64,000 bases of DNA from Candidatus Uhrbacteria bacterium (GCA_016206085.1 JACQSF010000005.1:1337-65336), one strand, 5' to 3'. Shown: positions 37,458 to 47,654, numbered from the stretch's first letter. Translations and numbers: made by a program. The notes: generated by a model not told the origin, from the sequence alone.

Positions 37458-38024
37458 TTACGAATGCTTTTTAAGCGCGCATGAGAGTGCTTTTAACATG
37501 TCCGTCGGCGATGGTGGATCACCGGGAATTTTTATGTGGACCGGGATCACGTTTTCAACCGCGCCAACAACCGCATAGGAATCTTTCCAGATGCCACCGG
37601 TGCAGGCTCCATCCCCTACCGCCACCACGATGCATGGCTGTGGAGCCGCCTCGTAGGTTGTTTTTACTGCCCGCTCAAGATTCCGTGTAACGGGTCCGGT
37701 CACAAACAACATGTCTGCATGGCGAGGGGACGCAACAAAAGACAGTCCGAAACGCTCAATGTCATAGTAGGCGTTGTTCAAGGCTGTCAATTCGATCTCT
37801 TCTGCATTTGTCGATCCCCCATCGACCGCGCGAATACGGAGTGACTTTCCCCCGTACAGGGAACCGATAATCTGTTTAAGCTCAGTTCCAGCGGTCTCTA
37901 GCGACTCATCTGTTGACGTAAAGACAGACCTCTCTTCCGTTACCTTAGAACCAAAAAATAGGATCCGAAAAAGCTTGAGAATATACATAGAGTGAAAAAC
38001 GACAGGATTATAGTCCTGGGACAA
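37458..38024 (-). CDS. NuoB / HycG-like small subunit lacking 3 of 4 Fe-S cysteines
   Basis: ASPRHADMLFVTGPVT and GDGACTGGIW match the family. CCxxE/CxxC is replaced by DGGSTNAEEIE, and PGCPP by PGDPPSP. The true start may be ATG 37988, because a TATAAT box lies inside the first codons of the TTG-started track ORF. Confidence 0.75.
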   Translation of the reverse strand: MSQDYNPVVFHSMYILKLFRILFFGSKVTEERSVFTSTDESLETAGTELKQIIGSLYGGKSLRIRAVDGGSTNAEEIELTALNNAYYDIERFGLSFVASPRHADMLFVTGPVTRNLERAVKTTYEAAPQPCIVVAVGDGACTGGIWKDSYAVVGAVENVIPVHIKIPGDPPSPTDMLKALSCALKKHS

Positions 38025-38035
38025 AAACTTATCAA
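38007..38035 (-). promoter_or_regulatory. candidate sigma70-type promoter of the six-gene operon
   Basis: On the minus strand: TTGATA, 17 nt, TATAAT (plus-strand tatcaa 38030-38035 and attata 38007-38012). Confidence 0.4.
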
Positions 38036-38057
38036 TGGCTCTAAAAGTGGATAATTT

Positions 38058-38093
38058 CTGAAAGATAAAGCCGCCCGTTTCGTTAAGGCGGCT
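38058..38093 (-). terminator. Rho-independent terminator after the 38110-38850 gene
   Basis: Stem agccgcc / ggcggct (38069-38075 and 38087-38093), followed on the minus strand by ttatcttt. Confidence 0.45.
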
Positions 38094-38109
38094 GAGTTGA
38101 GCGCAGGTT

Positions 38110-38850
38110 CTAGGCGAGGGCGTGCATCTGGAAGCCTAGACCGGTGGTCAGTGTTTGCATGGGCTCGACCTCGAAGAGGTGACCCCACTGCTGGCAACCG
38201 GTCGACTCCCAGAAACGGGCGAAGGTGCTCAGGTCGACGTGATAGGTTCGGCGGCGGTGACCGTCGAGGAGTGGAATGAGGATCCCGATTCCGAGCTCAT
38301 CGGCCAATTCCTGGATCCTGGTCGCTGCATCCTTGAAGACGCTGGACTCGGCCCTCTCCAGGAGATCCCCTTCCACCCCGTAGTCCACGTGAATGGTCGG
38401 AATGATGGAATTCGTTGAATCGATCATCGAGACTTCTTCTGCGGCACGGTACTGGTGCCACAGTTGATGGAGGATCGTCATCCCCGTCATGCTGGCCGCG
38501 CCGCAGGGTGCGTGGATACAGAGGTTGACCGAGGTGATTCCCTTGAGATCAACCCCCTCGGCCTGACGGATCTGCTCGAGCAGGTTCCGGCTCATACCAG
38601 GGTAAAGGGTGCAGGTGGGATCGACGTTCATCGCTCCCCCGTGGCAGCAGAACAGGTGTGGACGAAAGATCCGTCCGCTGCGGATGGCCTCCCGCCACTT
38701 GTGGAGGATGAGATCCTTCATCTGGTCGCCGTCCGAACAGGCGACAACGATCTGGCCATTGCGGCCACGGGCGGTGTAGTCCTTGAGAACACCCCCCTCA
38801 CGCAGAACTCTGATCACCTCTCGATCGAACGCTGAAAGCCCAGCTGTCAT
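38110..38850 (-). CDS. hypothetical Cys/His-rich protein in a GC-rich patch (possible beta-carbonic-anhydrase-like metal site; tentative)
   Basis: Motifs VVACSDGDQ, HLFCCHGGAMNV and LCIHAPCGAA appear in the order and approximate spacing of the beta-CA CxDxR / FVxRNxGN / HxxCG pattern. The ATG at 38850 has GGAG 5 nt upstream. GC is visibly higher than in the flanks. Confidence 0.45.
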   Translation of the reverse strand: MTAGLSAFDREVIRVLREGGVLKDYTARGRNGQIVVACSDGDQMKDLILHKWREAIRSGRIFRPHLFCCHGGAMNVDPTCTLYPGMSRNLLEQIRQAEGVDLKGITSVNLCIHAPCGAASMTGMTILHQLWHQYRAAEEVSMIDSTNSIIPTIHVDYGVEGDLLERAESSVFKDAATRIQELADELGIGILIPLLDGHRRRTYHVDLSTFARFWESTGCQQWGHLFEVEPMQTLTTGLGFQMHALA

Positions 38851-38888
38851 GAGCACTCCGAGGGTTGATTTTGATTCGACGAGGCGAA

Positions 38889-38917
38889 AGAATAACAGAC
38901 TTCGATGAATAGATCAA
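38889..38917 (-). promoter_or_regulatory. candidate promoter of the 38110-38850 gene
   Basis: On the minus strand: TTGATC, 17 nt, TATTCT. Confidence 0.35.
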
Positions 38918-38954
38918 GGCATTTTTGTGAAAAATGACAGGATCCCCAAGCAAA

Positions 38955-38988
38955 CAAACAAAAAACAGAGGATAACTCTGTTTTTTGA
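38955..38988 (-). terminator. Rho-independent terminator of the atp operon
   Basis: aacagag-gataa-ctctgtt (38964-38982), flanked by A/T runs, immediately after the atpC stop. Confidence 0.55.
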
Positions 38989-39429
38989 CTAGGAGGTTTT
39001 TCCCACGTCTCGATACTTCTTCCGCTTCATCGCCACACGGTGCCGCGCGAGCTCTCGCTCAAGAATCGCGGCCGCATCGGCAAAGGCGACGTCGTCCACA
39101 TGCCGCTTCTCCTCAAGGAGTTGTCGTGCCCGTTCACGTGCCTCTTCTATTTTTTCGAGCTCGAGTTCCTCTGCGCGCTCAGCGGTGTCTGCTAGAACGA
39201 TCAATTTGTTTCCGGGACGTACCTCAAGAAATCCCGTTGATGCAACCAGATACTGCGTTGCTCCATCCTTACGCAACGTCAGTTCTCCTGCGCGCAGATT
39301 GGCGACGAGTGGAATATGATCTGGCAAAACCGTCACCTCCCCCATATCCGTCATAACCGAAACTGAATCCACCTCGTCCTCATAAACGATGCGTTCTGGC
39401 GTGACAATGGAGAGATGAAGTTTCTTCAT
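38989..39429 (-). CDS. atpC: F-type ATP synthase subunit epsilon
   Basis: LSIVTPERIVYEDEVDSVSVMTDMGEVTVLPDHIPLVANL, in the terminal position of the atp operon. Confidence 0.9.
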   Translation of the reverse strand: MKKLHLSIVTPERIVYEDEVDSVSVMTDMGEVTVLPDHIPLVANLRAGELTLRKDGATQYLVASTGFLEVRPGNKLIVLADTAERAEELELEKIEEARERARQLLEEKRHVDDVAFADAAAILERELARHRVAMKRKKYRDVGKTS

Positions 39430-39565
39430 AACGTGGATGTCCCCCTTTTTAAGGGGGACTACAGGGGGTTACGAGTCTGTCGATCCGTAACCACCCCCAG
39501 CCCCCGTAAAGGGGCGTGACCCCCACGGGGCTTTACGCCCTCCTTAAAAAGGAGGGGGACCGAAA
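39430..39565. repeat. 136-nt atpD-atpC spacer composed of serial GC-rich hairpins
   Basis: Contains gtccccc...gggggac, ggttacg...cgtaacc, cccccgtaaagggg and ccctccttaaaaaggaggg. The subsegment 39491-39566 is related to 20461-20500 inside mnmA. Confidence 0.6.
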
Positions 39566-40969
<1,404 letters not shown>

Positions 40970-40980
40970 TTACTTAGCCT

Positions 40981-41122
40981 CGTCATTGCGAGAAGGGAGC
41001 TTGTCGTCGACCGACGACGTAAAGTCGCGTTGCGACCACGTCGCTTTACGCGAAGCAATCCTCAAAGATTGCTTCCCGCCACGGCTTCGCCTCGCGGCTT
41101 CGGCTGGTCGCTCGCAATGACG
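40981..41122. repeat. 142-nt composite palindromic element in the atpG-atpD spacer
   Basis: A perfect 12-bp outer inverted repeat, cgtcattgcgag / ctcgcaatgacg. The inner hairpins include gtcgtcg-ac-cgacgac and gaagcaatc-ctcaaa-gattgcttc. The cattgcga...gaagcaatc motif recurs at 19638-19676. Confidence 0.6.
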
Positions 41123-41135
41123 GACGGTTGTCATA

Positions 41136-42044
41136 CTATCCTTCGAGTGCCGCTTTTCCACTGGAGATTTCCGCGATCTCTTGCGTGATGCCGGCCTGAC
41201 GAGCTTGGTTAAACGTGAATGTGAGATCGTCGATCATTTCCCCCGCCGCGTCGCTGGCGCTTCTCATAGCCATCATACGAGCAGAGTGTTCTGAGGCGGC
41301 GGATTCCAGCACCGCCTGGTAGACCATCGTCTCGACGAGCCGCGGAAGAATCCGATCAAGGACCTCGCGCGGACTGGGCTCAAACGTGTAGGCACTTGCT
41401 TTTGTGAACTTCATGTCCACGTGCCCAGCTTGTTGTGCTTGACCAACGCTCTTTACTGTTTCGACGGACAATGGGAGGAAGTCGAGAATGACGGGCATCT
41501 GGCTGACTGCACTGACAAAATCCGTATAGGCAAGCACGACCTTGTCAAACGACCCCTTGGTATATTCATCGACGATCATGCGACCAATGGGCAAAACTTC
41601 CTCAAATTTCGTGTTGTTGGTAATCTCCAAAAAACTTGCCAGGACGGGAACTTTCAGACGTTTGAGTGCGTCAGCTCCGCGTTTACCAATACACACAGCG
41701 TTGACTTGCACACTATCCCCCAAGGTTTTGATTGCCTCACGCGTGCGCCGAAGAACATTCGTGTTGAACCCACCGGCAAGGCCTCGATCGGATGTAATGA
41801 GCAAGAGGAGTACGGATGTTGTTTCACGATGGCGGTGCAGGAGCGGATGAAGGCTCGTGTCGGTAAGGTGACCAATCGATTGAATCGTGTTCCACGCAAG
41901 CTTCGCATATGGCCGCGATGCCAATACCGCGCTCACGGCTTTGCGCATTTTGCTGGCCGCAACCAGCTCCATGGCTTTGGTGATCTTGCGGGTATTCTTG
42001 ACGGACTTGATCCGACGTTTAATGGCTCTGGTTTGAACGGCCAT
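41136..42044 (-). CDS. atpG: F-type ATP synthase subunit gamma
   Basis: IKRRIKSVKNTRKITKAMELVAASKMRKA and the C-terminal ITQEIAEISSGKAALE. Confidence 0.92.
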   Translation of the reverse strand: MAVQTRAIKRRIKSVKNTRKITKAMELVAASKMRKAVSAVLASRPYAKLAWNTIQSIGHLTDTSLHPLLHRHRETTSVLLLLITSDRGLAGGFNTNVLRRTREAIKTLGDSVQVNAVCIGKRGADALKRLKVPVLASFLEITNNTKFEEVLPIGRMIVDEYTKGSFDKVVLAYTDFVSAVSQMPVILDFLPLSVETVKSVGQAQQAGHVDMKFTKASAYTFEPSPREVLDRILPRLVETMVYQAVLESAASEHSARMMAMRSASDAAGEMIDDLTFTFNQARQAGITQEIAEISSGKAALEG

Positions 42045-42051
42045 AGACCTG

Positions 42052-42127
42052 GGTCAGGTAGTGCAGAGGAAAAAATTCTTGCTGGCAAAGCCGGGCCAAG
42101 TAATTTTTTTCTCTGCACTACCTGACC
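42052..42127. repeat. 76-nt hairpin element, copy A (conserved apex ttcttgctggcaaagccgggccaag)
   Basis: A perfect 17-bp basal stem, ggtcaggtagtgcagag / ctctgcactacctgacc, plus an A/T-rich middle stem. The element fills the atpA-atpG gap (6 nt from the stop, 7 nt from the start). Confidence 0.65.
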
Positions 42128-42133
42128 TCAACA

Positions 42134-43636
42134 TCAATTAAAAGTCTGATTAAAATCTTCGATAAGCTTCTTGAGGCCAGCTTCGATTTCGTCTGTGATC
42201 GTTTTTTCAGTCTTCAACGCATTCATCACTTCAACTCCTGATGAGAGCAGATACTGCTGGAATGCTTCCTCCCAATCAACGATCTTCTCAACTGGAATCT
42301 GATCGATAAGTCCGTTGATCGCCGCAAACAACACGGCGACCTGCGCTTCAAATGGAAGTGGATGATATTGTGGCTGCTTCAACAGTTCTGTAAGCCGTCG
42401 TCCACGCTCGATCTGCTGTCGTGTACCGGCATCGAGGTCAGTAGCAAACTGGGCGAACGCTTCAAGCTCACGAAACTGGGCAAGCTCCAGTCGCAATTTC
42501 CCCGCCACCTTTTTCATCGCCTTGGTTTGCGCGGCTGATCCCACTCGGGAAACAGAAAGTCCCACGTTGAGCGCTGGGCGAATACCACGGTAGAACAAGT
42601 CCGTTTCAAGATAGATCTGTCCGTCGGTGATGGAAATGACGTTGGTTGGGATATACGCAGACACATCGCCAGCCTGCGTTTCAATAATTGGGAGCGCCGT
42701 CAACGATCCCCCACCGTTCTCTTCGTTGAGTCGCGCGGCGCGTTCGAGCAAACGGGAGTGCAAGTAAAACACGTCCCCTGGATAGGCTTCACGGCCTGGA
42801 GGTCGACGAAGCAACAGAGAAATTTCTCGATACGCCCAGGCTTGTTTTGAGAGATCGTCATAAATGACGAGCGCATCTTCGCCCTTTGCCATAAAGTATT
42901 CTCCGATAGTGCAACCGGTGAACGGAGCGATATACGAAAGCGCCGCCGGATCTGAAGCACCAGCCACGACCACGGTCGTGTACTCCATCGCTCCGGTTTC
43001 TTCTAGCCGCGCAACGATTTTTGCAATCTTGGATTCCTTTTGTCCAATGGCCACGTAAATGCATTTCACGTTCTGACCTTTTTGGTTGATGATCGTGTCA
43101 ACGGCAATGGCGGTCTTCCCGGTTTGTCGGTCACCAATGATAAGTTCACGTTGACCACGCCCAATAGGAATCATCGAGTCGACAGCCTTGATGCCTGTCT
43201 GAAGCGGAACCCCTACAGATTTACGTGTCATCACGCCTGGAGCAATTTTCTCGATTGGATAAAACGTTTTTGCCGCAAGCTTACCTTTTCCGTCCACCGG
43301 GTTTCCCAATGGATCGATCACTCGTCCAAGAACCTCGTCTGAAATAGGCACGGACAAAATACGACCCGTTGTCTTTACCGTATCTCCCTCTTTGATTTTA
43401 GAAGCTTCTCCCAGCACAACGGCTCCCACACCGTCCTCTTCAAGGTTAAGAGCCACACCAAAGACGCCGCCCGGGAACTCAAGCATCTCAGAAGCTTTGG
43501 CTCCTGAAAGCCCGCTCATACGTGCCGTGCCATCTCCCACAGATAAAACAGTTCCAACTTCTTCTTGTTTCGCTTCCGTATGAAAGTTTTGGAGCGCCCC
43601 CCTAAGCGCCTCAATAATATCCGTTTTTGTTGTCAT
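42134..43636 (-). CDS. atpA: F-type ATP synthase subunit alpha
   Basis: [63 protein letters not shown]. Confidence 0.97.
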   Translation of the reverse strand: MTTKTDIIEALRGALQNFHTEAKQEEVGTVLSVGDGTARMSGLSGAKASEMLEFPGGVFGVALNLEEDGVGAVVLGEASKIKEGDTVKTTGRILSVPISDEVLGRVIDPLGNPVDGKGKLAAKTFYPIEKIAPGVMTRKSVGVPLQTGIKAVDSMIPIGRGQRELIIGDRQTGKTAIAVDTIINQKGQNVKCIYVAIGQKESKIAKIVARLEETGAMEYTTVVVAGASDPAALSYIAPFTGCTIGEYFMAKGEDALVIYDDLSKQAWAYREISLLLRRPPGREAYPGDVFYLHSRLLERAARLNEENGGGSLTALPIIETQAGDVSAYIPTNVISITDGQIYLETDLFYRGIRPALNVGLSVSRVGSAAQTKAMKKVAGKLRLELAQFRELEAFAQFATDLDAGTRQQIERGRRLTELLKQPQYHPLPFEAQVAVLFAAINGLIDQIPVEKIVDWEEAFQQYLLSSGVEVMNALKTEKTITDEIEAGLKKLIEDFNQTFN

Positions 43637-43641
43637 ACGAT

Positions 43642-44028
43642 TTATGCGTTTCTAAGAGTCTGATTCAAGTGGGCGAGATGTCCTTCAATGGAACCGTCCA
43701 TGATTGTTTGGTCAATGCGGAGTTTCGCTCCCCCGATAATTTCTGGACGTACTTTTTCTCTCATCTCCGCACCCGGAGCCAATGCCTCCAGTTTCTTTCG
43801 CAGTGCGACCGTGAGCGGATGAGCCGTTTCGATCTTCACCGTTGCGGCTCCATAGGTTTCTCGCCAGACGGTCTCAATCGCTTCAATCACACCCTTCACG
43901 CGGTGAGTTTCGTTGCGTGATGCGAGCAGGGCGACCAATTGTGCTGCCGCACTCTCAACCTGTTGAATCGTAGCCCCCCTAAGCGCGGTAACAAAGGCAC
44001 GAGTAAGTTGTTTCTCATTTCGTCTCAT
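43642..44028 (-). CDS. atpH: F-type ATP synthase subunit delta (short, 128 aa)
   Basis: C-terminal OSCP-like [25 protein letters not shown] and the position between atpF and atpA. About 50 N-terminal residues are missing relative to typical delta subunits. Confidence 0.75.
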   Translation of the reverse strand: MRRNEKQLTRAFVTALRGATIQQVESAAAQLVALLASRNETHRVKGVIEAIETVWRETYGAATVKIETAHPLTVALRKKLEALAPGAEMREKVRPEIIGGAKLRIDQTIMDGSIEGHLAHLNQTLRNA

Positions 44029-44042
44029 ATACAGAACGCAGG

Positions 44043-44615
44043 CTAAAGCCTGCGGCTACCACTCATATCATCGACAACCGCCTCTGCCAGTTTGGTGGCC
44101 TTTTTTTCATCAACTCCATCCTCAAGGATCTTGCGAGCCGCTTCAACCGCAATCGCCGCGATCTCTTCACGAGCGTCGCGGATCATCTGCTCTTTCTGTG
44201 CTTCAAGTTGAACTTTCCCTTGAGCGACGACTCCTTTTACTTCCTCCTTCGCCTTCGCAAGCAGTTCCTTCTTTCGATCCTCGGATGCGCTACGGGCTTC
44301 CTCCAGAATCTTGGTCGCTTCTGACTTTGCCGTAGCGATCACCTCTTTGTGTTCAGTCTCGAGCTCGCGGACTCGTTTTTCTACGTCATCTGCTTGCTTC
44401 ACGCTGCGCTCTATTTTTTCCTGACGCTCTTCCAAGAGTTTTACGATCGGCTTGTAGACCCATTTCCAGAGCACAAATAGCACAACCGCAAAATTAAGAA
44501 ACTGAGCAAGAAAAATCTTGAGGTTAATTCCAAGCGTTCCCAATCCACCACTGGCTTCCGTGGAGGAGACGACTTCCTGTGCCGCTTGTGCGACTTGTTG
44601 AACTTCTGAAGACAT
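44043..44615 (-). CDS. atpF: F-type ATP synthase subunit b
   Basis: One N-terminal TM helix (FLAQFLNFAVVLFVLWKWVY) and then a long charged helix. The last codons and the stop are supplied by the hairpin repeat at 44038-44060. Confidence 0.8.
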   Translation of the reverse strand: MSSEVQQVAQAAQEVVSSTEASGGLGTLGINLKIFLAQFLNFAVVLFVLWKWVYKPIVKLLEERQEKIERSVKQADDVEKRVRELETEHKEVIATAKSEATKILEEARSASEDRKKELLAKAKEEVKGVVAQGKVQLEAQKEQMIRDAREEIAAIAVEAARKILEDGVDEKKATKLAEAVVDDMSGSRRL

Positions 44616-44685
44616 AGTTTAAGTAAACAGGAGACTGTAAACGGTGGACAGAAATACCCGTCTACCGTAAACCGTCTACTGTCTA

Positions 44686-45007
<322 letters not shown>

Positions 45008-45832
45008 TCACGCGTGAGCTGGCTGGTGTTCTCCTTCCTCGTGTCCATGATCTTGTGTCGCCACCGTCAGATACGCAAGAGTCAACATCGCAAACACCGT
45101 AGCTTGAATGGCTCCAACCAAAACTTCCAAAAACAGAAACGGGATCGGCAGAACGTACGCAAAGATTCCAAGCATGACGGTCAAGAGAACTTCTCCGGCA
45201 AAAATATTCCCAAACAATCGTAACGACAAGGAAAGGACTTTGGCAATTTCGGAAATAATTTCGATCAGACCAACAGCGAACTCAATGAACGCCACAAGAA
45301 TAGCCATGGGACCCTTATTGATTGAACGAAAAATCCCTCGAACGTTTACGAATTTGCTTAGATGAGAGACGGGACCCAATGTGATCAAACCAACGATATG
45401 TGAACTTATGACCACAAACAAAGCCATGGCGAGTGTGAGATTGAGATCACTCGCGGCCGGTCTCAACAACGGAATAAGCTCAAGCTGTCCTTCGTGCAAG
45501 CCCCAGACACCGATAGATCCTGTTCCAGGCAACAATCCAAGCCAGTTGGAAAATAGAATAAAGAGAAAGATCGAACCAACAATGGGAAGAAACTGTTTCG
45601 CCCGTTTAAGATCACCCGTGACCTTTTGGACTTCGCCAAGCATGAACTCGACTGTGGCCTCAATGAGGTTGTGAACACCCAAAGGAACAAGACCCCGACG
45701 TCGATTTGCCACAAACGCAACAATAAGGAAAAAAAACACGGCAATCCAGCCGTTGATTATCGCATTGGTAATTGGAAAACTTCCAATGTGGAAGAGGGGT
45801 TCGGCTGCCGCTGGTGGGATGAGCAATTCCAT
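45008..45832 (-). CDS. atpB: F-type ATP synthase subunit a
   Basis: LSLSLRLFGNIFAGEVLL (essential Arg motif) and 5-6 TM segments. Confidence 0.9.
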   Translation of the reverse strand: MELLIPPAAAEPLFHIGSFPITNAIINGWIAVFFFLIVAFVANRRRGLVPLGVHNLIEATVEFMLGEVQKVTGDLKRAKQFLPIVGSIFLFILFSNWLGLLPGTGSIGVWGLHEGQLELIPLLRPAASDLNLTLAMALFVVISSHIVGLITLGPVSHLSKFVNVRGIFRSINKGPMAILVAFIEFAVGLIEIISEIAKVLSLSLRLFGNIFAGEVLLTVMLGIFAYVLPIPFLFLEVLVGAIQATVFAMLTLAYLTVATQDHGHEEGEHQPAHA

Positions 45833-45835
45833 ACG

Positions 45836-46078
45836 TTACTTGTCTTCGTTCATCAGGGACTCGTAGGCGTTTTTGTACATTTTTGCCTTGCGCACAACGC
45901 AGTAAGCAGTCAGGACAAGGGCGACAACCAGCAGAAGAATCAGCAATTGAGGTTCTGTACCATAGCGTTCGTCCAACCACTTGCCTGCGAGTGCTGCCAA
46001 GACGGCGGGTACGGCAATCGTTCCGCTGAAGTCAGCAAAGATGCGTCCCGCAAGCCTGTAATACTTCGCGTCACTCAT
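45836..46078 (-). CDS. AtpZ/AtpI-like small membrane protein
   Basis: Two TM helices, located directly upstream of atpB. The start was moved to ATG 46078. Confidence 0.5.
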   Translation of the reverse strand: MSDAKYYRLAGRIFADFSGTIAVPAVLAALAGKWLDERYGTEPQLLILLLVVALVLTAYCVVRKAKMYKNAYESLMNEDK

Positions 46079-46163
46079 AAATAAAGGCGTGAAGAGTGTA
46101 CCGGATAAATCTCCCAGGGTCAACAGAATCTCGAAAATGTGTCCCCAGAATCAAAGTGTGCAC

Positions 46164-46192
46164 TAAAAAAGACGCGAGTTTTGTCTCGCGCC
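46164..46192 (-). terminator. Rho-independent terminator after the 46195-47490 gene
   Basis: cgcgag-ttttgt-ctcgcg (46173-46190), with a T-run on the minus strand (plus-strand aaaaaa 46165-46170). Confidence 0.5.
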
Positions 46193-46194
46193 AT

Positions 46195-47490
46195 TCAGTC
46201 GTCGTAGGATCCACCCGTTTCAAAGACGGCTCTGAAGTATCCGGGACGACGAAGGTCATCGTCTTGTTGGAGGGCTCGGATCAATCCCTCCAAGTGAATC
46301 CCCTCACGTTCCATTTGAGGATCCTCTGAACGCGCCATCAAGAGAACCTCCACTTTCAGCGCCCAGAGGTTTTCGTCCACTCCCGAACGCATGGATTCCA
46401 CCAGAGCAACGATCCGTGCCCGCATTCCCTGGTAGCGTGTCGAGCGAGTCACCGTCAGTCCCTGTGGAGGGACTACTCGAGCGGTCAAATCAGGACGAGC
46501 GATGAACCCCACGGAAGGCACTGCAGCCTGGGGCACCTCAGAGTCCTTGAGAGCAAGTCGTGCGGTTTCGTCGGCAAGGCGCTTGCGTTCGTCCGCTTCC
46601 TGTTTGCGCTTGAGCTTGCGTTCCTCTGCTTCTTCATCATGGCGACGTTGCTCATCCCCCAGTCGAAGATCAGCAAGACGCTTGCGTTCGTCCGCCTCAC
46701 CCTGGATGGCGAGGCGACGCTTGAACGCTTCCTCCTGCTGGATCTGACGTCGACCACACTCCGCTGCGTCTTGATCAAATCGACGTTGCCTTTCCTCGGC
46801 CTCGTCGGCCAGGCGCTTCTTGCGTTTGGCTGGTGTCTCCTTACCACGAACGGCTGCCTCCTCGCGGAGAATTTCAGCGGTAGCTCGAGTCGTGTCCTGG
46901 ATCTGTGCGAAACCATGGACAGATTGAGGTGGATCGACGACGGCCGGAGCAGAAGCTGCGTCAGGCGTCGACGGGGTCTCATCTCCAACACTAGCCTGAC
47001 CTGCCTCCTTGCGTGTCTTCTTGTTGTCGCGGCGGGGGCGATCATCGTCCGTCCTGGAGACGCTCAGGCTCACGAGTGTGGGAGTCGAAGCCTGAACTTT
47101 TGCACCGCGTAGGGCAGAGAGTTTGAGAGCCGATGTTGAGGCGGATGCCTGAGTCACAAGTGGCGATGGAGAGGACGAAGAAACTCCTGTTACACTCGAA
47201 GGTGACACAGCCACAGAACGAATCGGTGTCACAGTTGATGCTGCTGGGGATGCAGCTCCTGCAAGCTGTTGCCATTTCCCGACGCGGGAATCGCCTGCGT
47301 TCTGGGCGATGAAGGCCGTGGAATCGAGCAGAAACTCCTCTGCCCAATCAATAACATCCTTGGAAAGGCCAGCGGCGTCTGCGGGGTCGATCTGATCGAC
47401 CTCCTTGAGTGCCTGCACAGCCGCATCCAGATCCACTCCCTTTTGGATTACCTTAGAGAACAAAGCAATCCAGGCGGTTTTCTTTTCCAT
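46195..47490 (-). CDS. hypothetical protein (N-terminal domain, Ser/Ala/Pro/Thr-rich linker, highly charged Arg/Glu coiled-coil with internal repeat, C-terminal domain)
   Basis: GGAGGA lies 5 nt upstream of ATG 47490. EADERKRLAD occurs twice, encoded by a repeated 17-mer cgcttgcgttcgtccgc. GC is above the local background. No recognised domain. Confidence 0.5.
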   Translation of the reverse strand: MEKKTAWIALFSKVIQKGVDLDAAVQALKEVDQIDPADAAGLSKDVIDWAEEFLLDSTAFIAQNAGDSRVGKWQQLAGAASPAASTVTPIRSVAVSPSSVTGVSSSSPSPLVTQASASTSALKLSALRGAKVQASTPTLVSLSVSRTDDDRPRRDNKKTRKEAGQASVGDETPSTPDAASAPAVVDPPQSVHGFAQIQDTTRATAEILREEAAVRGKETPAKRKKRLADEAEERQRRFDQDAAECGRRQIQQEEAFKRRLAIQGEADERKRLADLRLGDEQRRHDEEAEERKLKRKQEADERKRLADETARLALKDSEVPQAAVPSVGFIARPDLTARVVPPQGLTVTRSTRYQGMRARIVALVESMRSGVDENLWALKVEVLLMARSEDPQMEREGIHLEGLIRALQQDDDLRRPGYFRAVFETGGSYDD

Positions 47491-47625
47491 GTGTCCTCCA
47501 TGAGTTGCTGTTATCAGACAACAGCCAAACCTATCAGTTTGAACCTGCCCTGTCAATCAAAATCGACATAATTTTGTTCAGTTTCTATAAAAAGTGTTAC
47601 TTATTATCAAATCGGCCAGGTTCCT

Positions 47626-47654
47626 TTGACATGAGCAGCACTTTCAGCTAATCT
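47626..47654 (+). promoter_or_regulatory. candidate sigma70-type promoter of the 47712 gene
   Basis: TTGACA (47626-47631), 17 nt, TAATCT (47649-47654), in an AT-rich divergent spacer. GGAG lies 8 nt before ATG 47712. Confidence 0.45.

Noticed and set aside
37988-38024. First 12 codons (TTG start) of the NuoB-like ORF
   Set aside because: This stretch contains a perfect TATAAT box with a TTGATA 17 nt upstream, so it is more likely promoter than coding sequence. ATG 37988 is the more plausible start, although it has no obvious SD.
40970-41161. 63-aa ORF in the atpG-atpD spacer (and 41933-42118 over the atpA-atpG spacer)
   Set aside because: They are encoded entirely by palindromic repeat elements. 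The peptide fragments recur wherever the repeat occurs (for example LGPALPAR), which indicates translation artefacts of repeats.
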